Below are positions 56,052-64,000 of a DNA stretch of 64,000 nucleotides, one piece after another; positions within the stretch are counted from its first letter, which is position 1; each line of letters begins with the position of its first letter. Below the pieces are notes generated by a model. It saw only the letters and a program-made list of their open reading frames with translations. It was not told the DNA's origin and searched no databases. The DNA is taken from NCBI GenBank assembly GCA_045604215.1, contig JAZUNP010000012.1, forward strand, positions 6,980 through 70,979, read 5' to 3'. The position numbers were made by a program, and so were the translations under genes. Origin of the DNA: Acutalibacteraceae bacterium (GTDB lineage Bacteria; Bacillota; Clostridia; Oscillospirales; Acutalibacteraceae).

Positions 56052-58574
56052 TTATTCTTCGTTTTCTACTTCGCCCGCATCCACATCTGCCTCTTCGGGT
56101 GCGTCGTTAACCTCGGATTCATCGTGTTCGGCCTTTGCAACCGAGAGAATTCGCTCACCCTCTGCAACGCGCATTACTCGAACACCCTTTGCTGGACGAG
56201 CAAACTCGGAAATAGTGTCACCAAATATACGAATAACTATACCGTTTGAAGCAATCATAATGATATCTTCGTTGCGCTCTATTGGCAATACTGCGGCAAC
56301 GTCGCCGTATTTTTCTACTCGGTAGTTTGTAAGACCCTTACCGCCACGAGATTGTAGACGGTAGTGAGAAATAGGACTAATTCGACCGTAACCTGTCTCG
56401 GTAACGGTGAGAATACGGGTATCTTCTTTACAGAGTGCCATATCCACAACAATATCGTCGTCAGCCATATTTATCGCCTTAACACCGCGAGCAGTACGAC
56501 CCATTGAACGAACCTGATGCTCGTTAAAGTGGATTGCCTTACCCTTTTTGGTAGCGACAAGCAGGTTGTTGTCGCCATCGGTCATTCTTACGTGAGCAAG
56601 TTCATCGCCCTCGTCGATAGAAATCGCGATAATACCGCTCTTACGTGTGTTTTTAAAGTCAGAAAGCTTTGTGCGTTTTACAATGCCCTGTCGGGTAATC
56701 ATACAAATATATCTTTCGTCCTCGTCGGTAGCTGTAACGGGTATAATTACGTTAATTTTTTCACCCGCCATAAGAGGTACAACATTTACAAGATTCATAC
56801 CCTTTGATGTGCGTGAGCCTTCGGGAATTTCGTATGCCTTTATGCGATATACACGACCTAGGTTACTAAAAAGCATAATTCGGTCGTGTGATGAGCATAC
56901 AAACATATTCTCAACGCTGTCTTCCTCACGTGTGGTCATACCGGTAATACCACGTCCGCCGCGGTGCTGAACATTGTAGGTATCAGCCGGCAAACGCTTG
57001 ATATAACCGTTAACGGTTTTTGTGATAACACATTCTTCAAGAGGAATAAGGTCTTCAATGTCAACCTCGCCAGCAACGTCGGAAATCTCGGTACGACGGT
57101 CGTCGCTGAATTTATCACGAAGGTTGAGCGCTTCTGTCTTAACAATATCAAGAATACGGGTGCGAGAAGCTAAAATCTCATCACACTCTTTAATAAAGTC
57201 AATTTTTTCTTGTAATTCATCAAGAATTTTTTGCTTTTCAAGACCTGCCAATTTACCGAGCTGCATTTGAACGATAGCTGTGGTTTGAATATCATCAAAG
57301 CCGAATCTATCGGTAAGGGCATTTTTACTGTCAGCAATGGTCTTACTGCTACGAATTATTGCAATAACTTCGTCAATAAAATCAAGTGCAGTTTTTAAAG
57401 CCTCTAAAATATGAGCGCGCTCAGCCGCTTTTTTGCGGTCAAACTCTGTGCGACGGCGTATAATATCATACTGGAAGTCAATGCTGTTTTGAAGCATTTC
57501 TTTAAGAGTGAGAATTTGTGGTTTACCGTTTACAATTGCCAACAAAATTGCGCCAAATGTGGTTTGTAAGGCAGTATAACTGTAAATCTTATTAAGAACA
57601 ACCTGTGGACTGGCATCACGCTTGATGTCCACTACTATACGCAAACCGCCGTCACGCTTTGAAGAATAGTCAACTACGTCGTCAATGCCTTCAATTTTCT
57701 TTTCGGCGGCAAGGTCGTAAATATGCTTAACGAGGTCCTTTTTACGTACTTTATATGGGATTTCGGTAATAACTATGCGGTATTTACCATTTTTGGTTTC
57801 CTCAATCTCAGCCTTACCGCGAACAACTATCTTGCCGCGGCCTGTAGCGTAAGCCGCGCGAATACCGCTACGACCCATAATGATACCGCCCGTTGGAAAG
57901 TCAGGTCCTTTGATATGCTCACAAAGCTCTGGTAGGTCAGCCTCAGGATTGTCGATAAGACAACACATAGCATCAATAACCTCACCCAAGTTGTGAGGTG
58001 GAATTTCGGTTGCCATACCAACAGCAATGCCGCTTGAGCCGTTAACAAGTAGCTGCGGAAAACGAACTGGAAGAACCTCAGGTTCCTCAAGACGGTCATC
58101 ATAGTTAGGAAGCATATTAACGGTATCCTTTTTGATGTCGTCAAGCATACTGTATGAAAGACGGTTCATCTTCGACTCTGTATAACGGTAAGCCGCAGCT
58201 GGATAGCCGTCGATATTACCAAAGTTACCGTGACCGTCAATAAGAGGATAACGGAGTGAGAAATCCTGCGCCATACGAACCATAGCGTCGTAAACAGAAG
58301 CATCACCGTGTGGATGATAACGACCAAGCACAGTACCAACTGTGTCGGCGCACTTACGGTATTTACTGTCGGGGGATAGTCCGTTTTCAAACATTGTATA
58401 AAGAATACGGCGGTGAACAGGCTTCAAACCGTCGCGCACGTCGGGAAGCGCACGTCCAACAAGTACCGACATTGAGTACTGTAGCATACTCTGTTTTACT
58501 TCTTCGGTAATCTCAACAGGAACAATGTTGGTTTCTTCACTGCTGGGCCAATATACATTTTCTTGTTTTGCCAT
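56052..58574 (-). CDS. gyrA: DNA gyrase subunit A
   Basis: 840 aa with RALPDVRDGLKPVHRR, the QRDR HPHGDASVYD, the active-site AAAYRYTE, a GyrA-box beta-pinwheel CTD and an acidic tail. Confidence 0.97.
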   Translation of the reverse strand: MAKQENVYWPSSEETNIVPVEITEEVKQSMLQYSMSVLVGRALPDVRDGLKPVHRRILYTMFENGLSPDSKYRKCADTVGTVLGRYHPHGDASVYDAMVRMAQDFSLRYPLIDGHGNFGNIDGYPAAAYRYTESKMNRLSYSMLDDIKKDTVNMLPNYDDRLEEPEVLPVRFPQLLVNGSSGIAVGMATEIPPHNLGEVIDAMCCLIDNPEADLPELCEHIKGPDFPTGGIIMGRSGIRAAYATGRGKIVVRGKAEIEETKNGKYRIVITEIPYKVRKKDLVKHIYDLAAEKKIEGIDDVVDYSSKRDGGLRIVVDIKRDASPQVVLNKIYSYTALQTTFGAILLAIVNGKPQILTLKEMLQNSIDFQYDIIRRRTEFDRKKAAERAHILEALKTALDFIDEVIAIIRSSKTIADSKNALTDRFGFDDIQTTAIVQMQLGKLAGLEKQKILDELQEKIDFIKECDEILASRTRILDIVKTEALNLRDKFSDDRRTEISDVAGEVDIEDLIPLEECVITKTVNGYIKRLPADTYNVQHRGGRGITGMTTREEDSVENMFVCSSHDRIMLFSNLGRVYRIKAYEIPEGSRTSKGMNLVNVVPLMAGEKINVIIPVTATDEDERYICMITRQGIVKRTKLSDFKNTRKSGIIAISIDEGDELAHVRMTDGDNNLLVATKKGKAIHFNEHQVRSMGRTARGVKAINMADDDIVVDMALCKEDTRILTVTETGYGRISPISHYRLQSRGGKGLTNYRVEKYGDVAAVLPIERNEDIIMIASNGIVIRIFGDTISEFARPAKGVRVMRVAEGERILSVAKAEHDESEVNDAPEEADVDAGEVENEE

Positions 58575-58594
58575 TGTTTTTCTCTCTCCTTTCT

Positions 58595-60544
58595 TTAAAT
58601 ATCCAAGTCTGTCGCATAAATTGCATTGTCTTCAATAAACTTACGTCTTGGTTCTACCTCTTCGCCCATCAAAATAGTAAAGGTCTCATCCGCCAATGCG
58701 GCATCTTCCAAAGTAACGCGCAAAAACGTTCTTCGTTCAGGATCGAGTGTGGTTTCCCAAAGCTGCGTAGGATCCATTTCACCAAGACCTTTGTAACGTT
58801 GAACATCTACACCCTGTCCTAATTCCTCTACCTTTGCCGCCTTTTCTTCATCGGTAAATACATCAAAATGCTGTTTGCCCTTTGAAATACGGAAAAGTGG
58901 CGGCTGTGCTAAATATATATGTCCTGTTTCAATAAGCTGTGGCATATAGCGGAAGAAGAAAGTAAGTAAAAGTGTTCTAATATGACTACCGTCAACGTCG
59001 GCATCGGCCATAATAACGATTTTGTCATAACGAAGCTTATTTATATCAAAATTTTCGCCAATTCCAGTACCGAGCGCTGTAATAACAGGAGTAAGCTTAT
59101 CGTTGCCGTAAACCTTGTCCTCGCGCGCTTTTTCAACATTAAGCATTTTACCCCAAAGCGGTAAAATGGCCTGATATGTCGCGTTTCTTCCCTCAACAGC
59201 ACTGCCACCCGCGGAGTCACCCTCTACGATATAAATTTCGGTCTTTGTAGGGTCATTAGAGATACAGTCGGTAAGTTTTTCAGGCATACGGGTTTTGCTA
59301 CCGATGCCCGCCTTATTACGTGACGCTTCACGTGCCTTTTGAGCCGCCTCACGAGCGTTTGAAGCGGCGATTGCTTTATCTATTACAATCTTTGAATCAG
59401 CAGGATTTTCCTCTAAATGCTTGTAAAGCTGGTCATTTACAATATCTCGAACTAATTGACCTATAGATGTATTACCAAGCTTTGCTTTGGTTTGGCTTTC
59501 AAACTGCGCATCGGCAAGTTTAACCGAAACAACAGCCACAAGACCTTCCATAATATCATCGGCTTTAAGATTGTCGGAGGACTCCTTTAATTTTTTAAAG
59601 TCGTGAGCGTATTTGTTTACAACTCGGGTTACTGTTTGACGGAAAGCTTGTTCGTGAGTACCACCGTCAATTGTATGTAAAGTGTTTGCAAAGGAAAGAA
59701 TTTTATTGTCGTAAGCAGTGGACCACAAAAGCGCTATTTCAGCCATTTCGTCGCCCTTTGAGCCTGAAAGATAAATAACGTCTTTTATAAGACTTTCTTT
59801 CTTTATACCTGCAAGAAGATACTCTACATAAGATTTAATACCACCTTCAAAACAAAGGTCATCGCTCTTGCCGACAGTAGCAATACTTTCGTCGGTACGC
59901 TTATCGGTAAGAACTACTCGAATTCCTGCGTTAAGAAATGCCTGCTCGCGAAGACGGTTAAGTAAAATATCGTAATCATAAGTAGTTGTATCTGTAAATA
60001 TTGTTGGGTCGGGTTTAAAAGTAACGGTAGTACCTGTTTCGGTGGTATCTCCTGTTATTTCAAGGTCGGTAACAATAACACCTTTTTCATAACGTTGCTT
60101 GTAAATATGTGTACCATCCTTTACCTCAACCTCAAGCCAATTTGAAAGCGCGTTAACAACCGATGCGCCGACGCCGTGAAGACCGCCTGATACCTTGTAT
60201 CCACCGCCACCGAATTTACCGCCTGCGTGAAGAATGGTAAATACAACAGTAACGGTAGGAATTCCCTTTTGAGGGTTTATACCCACAGGAATACCACGAC
60301 CGTTATCTTTAACGCGAATAATACCGTCGTCTAAAATATCTACGTCTATTTTTGTACAGTAACCCGCAAGTGCCTCGTCAATAGAGTTATCTACAATTTC
60401 ATAAACCAAGTGATGAAGACCGCGCTCACCGGTAGAGCCTATGTACATACCGGGTCTTTTTCTTACAGCCTCTAACCCTTCTAAAACCTGTATAGACGAT
60501 TCGTCATATTTTTCGGTTACGGGCAAGTTTAATTCTTCGCTCAT
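58595..60544 (-). CDS. gyrB: DNA gyrase subunit B
   Basis: 649 aa with the GHKL ATPase (LHHLVYEIVDNSIDE, GLHGVGASVVNALS), the Toprim motifs EGDSAGGS and PLWGKMLN, and IMADADVDGSHI. Confidence 0.97.
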   Translation of the reverse strand: MSEELNLPVTEKYDESSIQVLEGLEAVRKRPGMYIGSTGERGLHHLVYEIVDNSIDEALAGYCTKIDVDILDDGIIRVKDNGRGIPVGINPQKGIPTVTVVFTILHAGGKFGGGGYKVSGGLHGVGASVVNALSNWLEVEVKDGTHIYKQRYEKGVIVTDLEITGDTTETGTTVTFKPDPTIFTDTTTYDYDILLNRLREQAFLNAGIRVVLTDKRTDESIATVGKSDDLCFEGGIKSYVEYLLAGIKKESLIKDVIYLSGSKGDEMAEIALLWSTAYDNKILSFANTLHTIDGGTHEQAFRQTVTRVVNKYAHDFKKLKESSDNLKADDIMEGLVAVVSVKLADAQFESQTKAKLGNTSIGQLVRDIVNDQLYKHLEENPADSKIVIDKAIAASNAREAAQKAREASRNKAGIGSKTRMPEKLTDCISNDPTKTEIYIVEGDSAGGSAVEGRNATYQAILPLWGKMLNVEKAREDKVYGNDKLTPVITALGTGIGENFDINKLRYDKIVIMADADVDGSHIRTLLLTFFFRYMPQLIETGHIYLAQPPLFRISKGKQHFDVFTDEEKAAKVEELGQGVDVQRYKGLGEMDPTQLWETTLDPERRTFLRVTLEDAALADETFTILMGEEVEPRRKFIEDNAIYATDLDI

Positions 60545-60557
60545 TATAATTCTCCTA

Positions 60558-60821
60558 TCAAAGTGAATCTATATATCCTGTACGCTTAAGCAGCGTTGAA
60601 GATGATATTTGTGAAATGTAAATTTTTGAGTCCTTGCGTGTTTTTCCTGCTATTACAAAAGAACGGGGTAAATCATAGCTTATGGTTATTACTTTTCCGC
60701 TTTTTTCAGCTCTATTTAAAAAATCCCTTGTTCTTTTTGAAACAGAAGTGTTTTCAAGGTCAAAAATTCCAATTATTTCATTGGTTGGCAACATTACGTT
60801 ATTTCCTAAATGTATATACAT
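60558..60821 (-). CDS. remB: DUF370 protein (extracellular matrix/biofilm regulator RemB-like)
   Basis: 87 aa, in the conserved position between recF and gyrB. Contains ...IIGIFDL...TISYDLPRSFVI. Confidence 0.75.
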   Translation of the reverse strand: MYIHLGNNVMLPTNEIIGIFDLENTSVSKRTRDFLNRAEKSGKVITISYDLPRSFVIAGKTRKDSKIYISQISSSTLLKRTGYIDSL

Positions 60822-61882
60822 TAAACAACCTCGCCGCCCTTTATTTTTATTACTTTTCCTCTTTTTAAATTTTTAATGTTTAAAGTGTCACAACAAGTAA
60901 TAAATGATTGCCAGTTTCTTATATGATTTAAAATATAATTTTGACGGTTTTCATCAAGCTCACTCATAACGTCATCAAGCAGACAAATCGGATATTCGCC
61001 GCTTATTTCCTTTATAACCTCGGCACCTGCAAATTTTAAAGATAAAGCAACACTACGCTTTTGACCTTGAGAACCAAAAGAACGGGCATTTAAACCATTT
61101 ATTTTAAAAATTATATCATCCCTATGCGGTCCTACCGAAGTAGTCGAGGTTAACATATCTATTTCGCGTGAAATTTTAATTTTTTCTAAATCTAATCCGT
61201 CATTTTTAGAAATATAAAAAATTTCTATTTTTTCTTTTCCTGAGGAAATTCCGTCATATATTGAAGAAACATATTTATTAAGAATATTTATATAATTTTT
61301 TCGGTATTTAATTATCTTATTACCCATATCTACTATTTCTGCTTCAAAAATATCAAGCATTATTGAAACAGTTTTATCATAACGGTAATCCTTTATAATT
61401 TTATTTCTTTGCATTACCGCACGCGAATAATTGCGCAAAATTTCAATATAATTTGGATAAAGCTGACCTATCGCCGTGTCAAGAAATCTACGCCTTTTTT
61501 CTGGTCCATCGGTTACAAGAGTCAAATCTGACGGTGAAAAAACAACAGCATTATATTTTCCTGCTAAATTTGAGGTATTTGCTAATTTCTTTTCATTAAA
61601 AAACGCTGTTTTTTTATCATTAAATATAATTTTAGCATTATTTTCTACACCCATCATTTCAAAAAAAGTTGAAATTTTAGCATTTTGCTGTCCAAATTTT
61701 ATAATTTCATTATCCTTGGAATTTCTAAAACTTTTAGCACCCGAAAAAAGCCATAAAGCCTCTATTATGTTTGTTTTTCCCTGTGCATTTTCACCGCAAA
61801 TTACATTTATTTCATCATCAAAATTTAAAGAAATATCTTTTATATTTCTAAAATTTTGAATTTCTAACTTTTTAACCTTCAT
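60821..61882 (-). CDS. recF: DNA replication/repair protein RecF
   Basis: 353 aa with Walker A GENAQGKTNIIEA, signature SQGQKRS, and Walker B LLDDVMSELD. Confidence 0.93.
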   Translation of the reverse strand: MKVKKLEIQNFRNIKDISLNFDDEINVICGENAQGKTNIIEALWLFSGAKSFRNSKDNEIIKFGQQNAKISTFFEMMGVENNAKIIFNDKKTAFFNEKKLANTSNLAGKYNAVVFSPSDLTLVTDGPEKRRRFLDTAIGQLYPNYIEILRNYSRAVMQRNKIIKDYRYDKTVSIMLDIFEAEIVDMGNKIIKYRKNYINILNKYVSSIYDGISSGKEKIEIFYISKNDGLDLEKIKISREIDMLTSTTSVGPHRDDIIFKINGLNARSFGSQGQKRSVALSLKFAGAEVIKEISGEYPICLLDDVMSELDENRQNYILNHIRNWQSFITCCDTLNIKNLKRGKVIKIKGGEVV

Positions 61883-62087
61883 TTTTTACAATAAAAGAAA
61901 AATTATCAAATTCTACGGTGTCGCCTTGACGTAGTTTTTTTCCACGCATAGTACAAACCTCGCCATTTACGAGAACTAAGCCATCTTGTATTACCATTTT
62001 TGCCTGACCTCCAGTTCCTATTACACCCGAAAATTTAAGCACAGAATCAAGTCTTATAAATTCATCTCTTATTATTATTTCTTTCAT
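61872..62087 (-). CDS. yaaA: S4 domain RNA-binding protein YaaA
   Basis: 71 aa with IRLDSVLKFSG...GGQAKMVIQDGLVLVNGEV. Sits in the conserved dnaN-yaaA-recF order. Confidence 0.85.
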   Translation of the reverse strand: MKEIIIRDEFIRLDSVLKFSGVIGTGGQAKMVIQDGLVLVNGEVCTMRGKKLRQGDTVEFDNFSFIVKNEG

Positions 62088-63194
62088 TTATTTTAACCTC
62101 ATAGGCATAATGAGATATAACATATCTTTGTTTTCTTCATCATTAGGACAAATTGTTACACCCGAATTTGCACCGTTAAAATTAAATCTTATTTTTTCTA
62201 CCTCACAAGCCTTTAAAGCCTCTAACAAATAACGGCTATTAAGTCCCATTTCAAATTCATTACCATCAAGGGAAATATTCATTTTTTCTTTTGCTCGTCC
62301 AAGAGCAGTTGAACAGCTTATTAAAAGCTCATCCTTTAAAAATGAACATCTTAAAGGTGTTGAAAAACTGTCATTTATTAAAAGCGAAACTCTTTCTACA
62401 CAATCTATTATTTCATCACATATAACTGTTGTTGTTTGACTATGTTCAGTGGGGATTATTTTTTCGTAATTTTCAAATTCACCTTCCAAAAGACGTGCAA
62501 TAAATACATATCCCGAAATTTTAAATAAAATAAGTCTTTTACCAACTTTAATTTCTACATTTTCTGTATTCTCATCTATAAGCTTTACAACTTCATTTAA
62601 AGCTTTACCCGAAACTATAAATTCTATTTCATTTTCTACATTTATTTTTTTCCTGCGAATTGCAAGACGGTAACCATCTATTGCAACTAATTGCAAAATA
62701 CCATTTTTTACAGAAATATTTATACCAGTAAGAATTGGACGGGTACCCTCTATTTGTGAAACTGCAAAAATAGTTCCCTTTACAAGCTCACAAAAGTCTT
62801 CACCTTTAATATTAAGATTTTCACCCTCTGTAAGTGATGGCATTTCAGGAAAATCATTTGCCTCCATACCCATTATATCAAATACTGCTTCTCCGCTTCT
62901 TATATGACAAACAAGGCGTTCATCACTTTCAATTTCTACGTCTATGCCGCGTAGTTTTCTTAAAATATCTGCTAAAAGACGGGCATTTATAACAATGTCA
63001 CCCTCTTGCTCACAAGAAGCATACATTTCTTTTTTCATACCCATTTCAAGATTATAAGAAGAAAGTGTAAGTAAACCTTTTTCTGCTGAAATTAAAATAC
63101 CTTCAAGAACAGGCATTGAACTCTTTGCCCCTACAGTTTTTTGCATTTTAAGAACAGCATCTAATAGTAAAGAACGTTCAACTCTTATTTTCAT
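62088..63194 (-). CDS. dnaN: DNA polymerase III subunit beta (sliding clamp)
   Basis: 368 aa with three-domain clamp pattern. PILTGI, DGYRLA, and the C-terminal LIMPMRLK. Confidence 0.95.
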   Translation of the reverse strand: MKIRVERSLLLDAVLKMQKTVGAKSSMPVLEGILISAEKGLLTLSSYNLEMGMKKEMYASCEQEGDIVINARLLADILRKLRGIDVEIESDERLVCHIRSGEAVFDIMGMEANDFPEMPSLTEGENLNIKGEDFCELVKGTIFAVSQIEGTRPILTGINISVKNGILQLVAIDGYRLAIRRKKINVENEIEFIVSGKALNEVVKLIDENTENVEIKVGKRLILFKISGYVFIARLLEGEFENYEKIIPTEHSQTTTVICDEIIDCVERVSLLINDSFSTPLRCSFLKDELLISCSTALGRAKEKMNISLDGNEFEMGLNSRYLLEALKACEVEKIRFNFNGANSGVTICPNDEENKDMLYLIMPMRLK

Positions 63195-63410
63195 AAACCA
63201 GTCTCCTTTTTTATAAAAAAATTATAAATTATAACAGTAATAATAAGGGGTGTTAAAACAGTGGAAAAAACAAATAAATTATATATTTAAGGGAAATTTT
63301 AACTTTTAAAAATAGTTTAAAAATTTTTTAAAAAAGTTAATAATTTTAGTAAAAATAAAAATTGTTAATAATTAAAATTTAATAAATGTTAATTATGTGG
63401 AAAAATAAAA
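63195..63410. other. dnaA-dnaN intergenic oriC-type region: AT-rich tract with DnaA-box-like sites
   Basis: TGTGGAAAA at 63396-63404 is the reverse complement of TTTTCCACA, one mismatch to TTATCCACA. AGTGGAAAA at 63260-63268 has two mismatches. The stretch at about 63270-63395 is almost pure A/T and is a candidate unwinding element. Confidence 0.55.
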
Positions 63411-64000
63411 TTAATTTCCACTTTTCAAATTTTTAATTATATCTTCAATAAGTTCTTTTTCATAAGGCTTGTCCATTAAAAATTTTTCAATGTTTTGAAC
63501 TCCATAAAGAACTGTTGTATGATCTTTACCAAAAGCAGATCCTATTTGTTTGTAAGAAAGTTGTGTTATTTCTCTTGCAATATACATAGCAGACTGACGT
63601 GCAAGAACTAAATTAGCAGTTCTGCGGTTTGATAGAATATCACTTTCAGAAACATTAAATGAACGGGCAACTTCACTTATAATTTTATCAATACTGATAG
63701 GTGTGTTTTCGGTATCATTTATAATATCTTTAATAAAAGACTGAACAATAGAAATATTAGGTTTTTTATTTTCTATTTTAATAAGTGCATTAAGTTTTGT
63801 CATAACACCTTCAATTTGACGTGTATTTGTTTTTATTTTTTCTGCAATGTAAAAAACAATATTTTCATCAAGTTCAAAATCAAACTGTTGAGATTTTCGC
63901 TTTATAATACCAACTCTTGTTTCAAAATCAGGTAAGGTAATGTCGGCAGGTAAACCTGCTGCTAGTCGGCTTTTAATACGCTCATCAAGAGTTTTAATTT
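63411..64000 (-). CDS. dnaA: chromosomal replication initiator DnaA, C-terminal part; the gene runs off the right edge
   Basis: My translation upstream of the track ORF stays open to position 64000: ...IKTLDERIKSRLAAGLPADITLPDFETRVGIIKRKSQQFDFELDENIVFYIAEKIKTNTRQIEGVMTKLNA... Domain IV carries the DNA-binding signature ARQSAMYIAREIT...IGSAFG.KDHTTVLY. Confidence 0.93.
   Translation of the reverse strand, partial: IKTLDERIKSRLAAGLPADITLPDFETRVGIIKRKSQQFDFELDENIVFYIAEKIKTNTRQIEGVMTKLNALIKIENKKPNISIVQSFIKDIINDTENTPISIDKIISEVARSFNVSESDILSNRRTANLVLARQSAMYIAREITQLSYKQIGSAFGKDHTTVLYGVQNIEKFLMDKPYEKELIEDIIKNLKSGN

Noticed and set aside
1-64000. CRISPR arrays, IS elements or transposases, prophage genes, restriction-modification, toxin-antitoxin or known defence systems
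   Set aside because: Reading both strands, I saw no repeat-spacer periodicity, no terminal inverted repeats with transposase-like ORFs, and no integrase, recombinase or nuclease/methylase motifs. The window is essentially core housekeeping content.

Overview
This looks like an origin-proximal chromosomal segment of a mid-GC Firmicute, probably class Clostridia. The right end carries the canonical block dnaA(partial)-dnaN-yaaA-recF-remB-gyrB-gyrA on the minus strand, with a DnaA-box-bearing, AT-rich dnaA-dnaN spacer. The rest is densely packed housekeeping:
- Translation and tRNA: pheST behind a Phe T-box leader, rsmA, rplM-rpsI, pth, mnmA, tadA, queG, rlmD and one tRNA-Arg(ACG).
- Cell wall: murI, murD, and VanY-like and PBP5-like carboxypeptidases.
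- DNA repair helicases: recG, pcrA, mfd.
- Amino-sugar catabolism: nagB-nahK-mutarotase, and nagA plus a ROK-like kinase.
- Also pgi, two M42 peptidases, transporters and about ten small or uncharacterised proteins.

I found no CRISPR array, transposase, integrase, phage gene or recognisable defence or toxin-antitoxin module, so I cannot point to a clear novel system.

The signals most worth a second look are:
1. An abrupt drop of about 12 points in GC exactly at the gyrB/remB junction. It covers remB-recF-yaaA-dnaN-dnaA.
2. lepA is interrupted by a single in-frame TGA at a universally conserved Leu codon.
3. An anomeric GlcNAc/GalNAc 1-kinase (NahK-like) is in an operon with nagB and a mutarotase, without the rest of the GNB/LNB pathway.
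4. A run of 23 consecutive plus-strand genes (26 kb) would be head-on to the replication fork.
5. Several small uncharacterised proteins sit in conserved operon contexts: a Crh-like HPr lacking His15, a minimal P-loop protein, a minimal M50 protease with a small TM partner, and an SPFH protein without NfeD.

All product calls rest on motif recognition in the supplied translations. No database search was possible.
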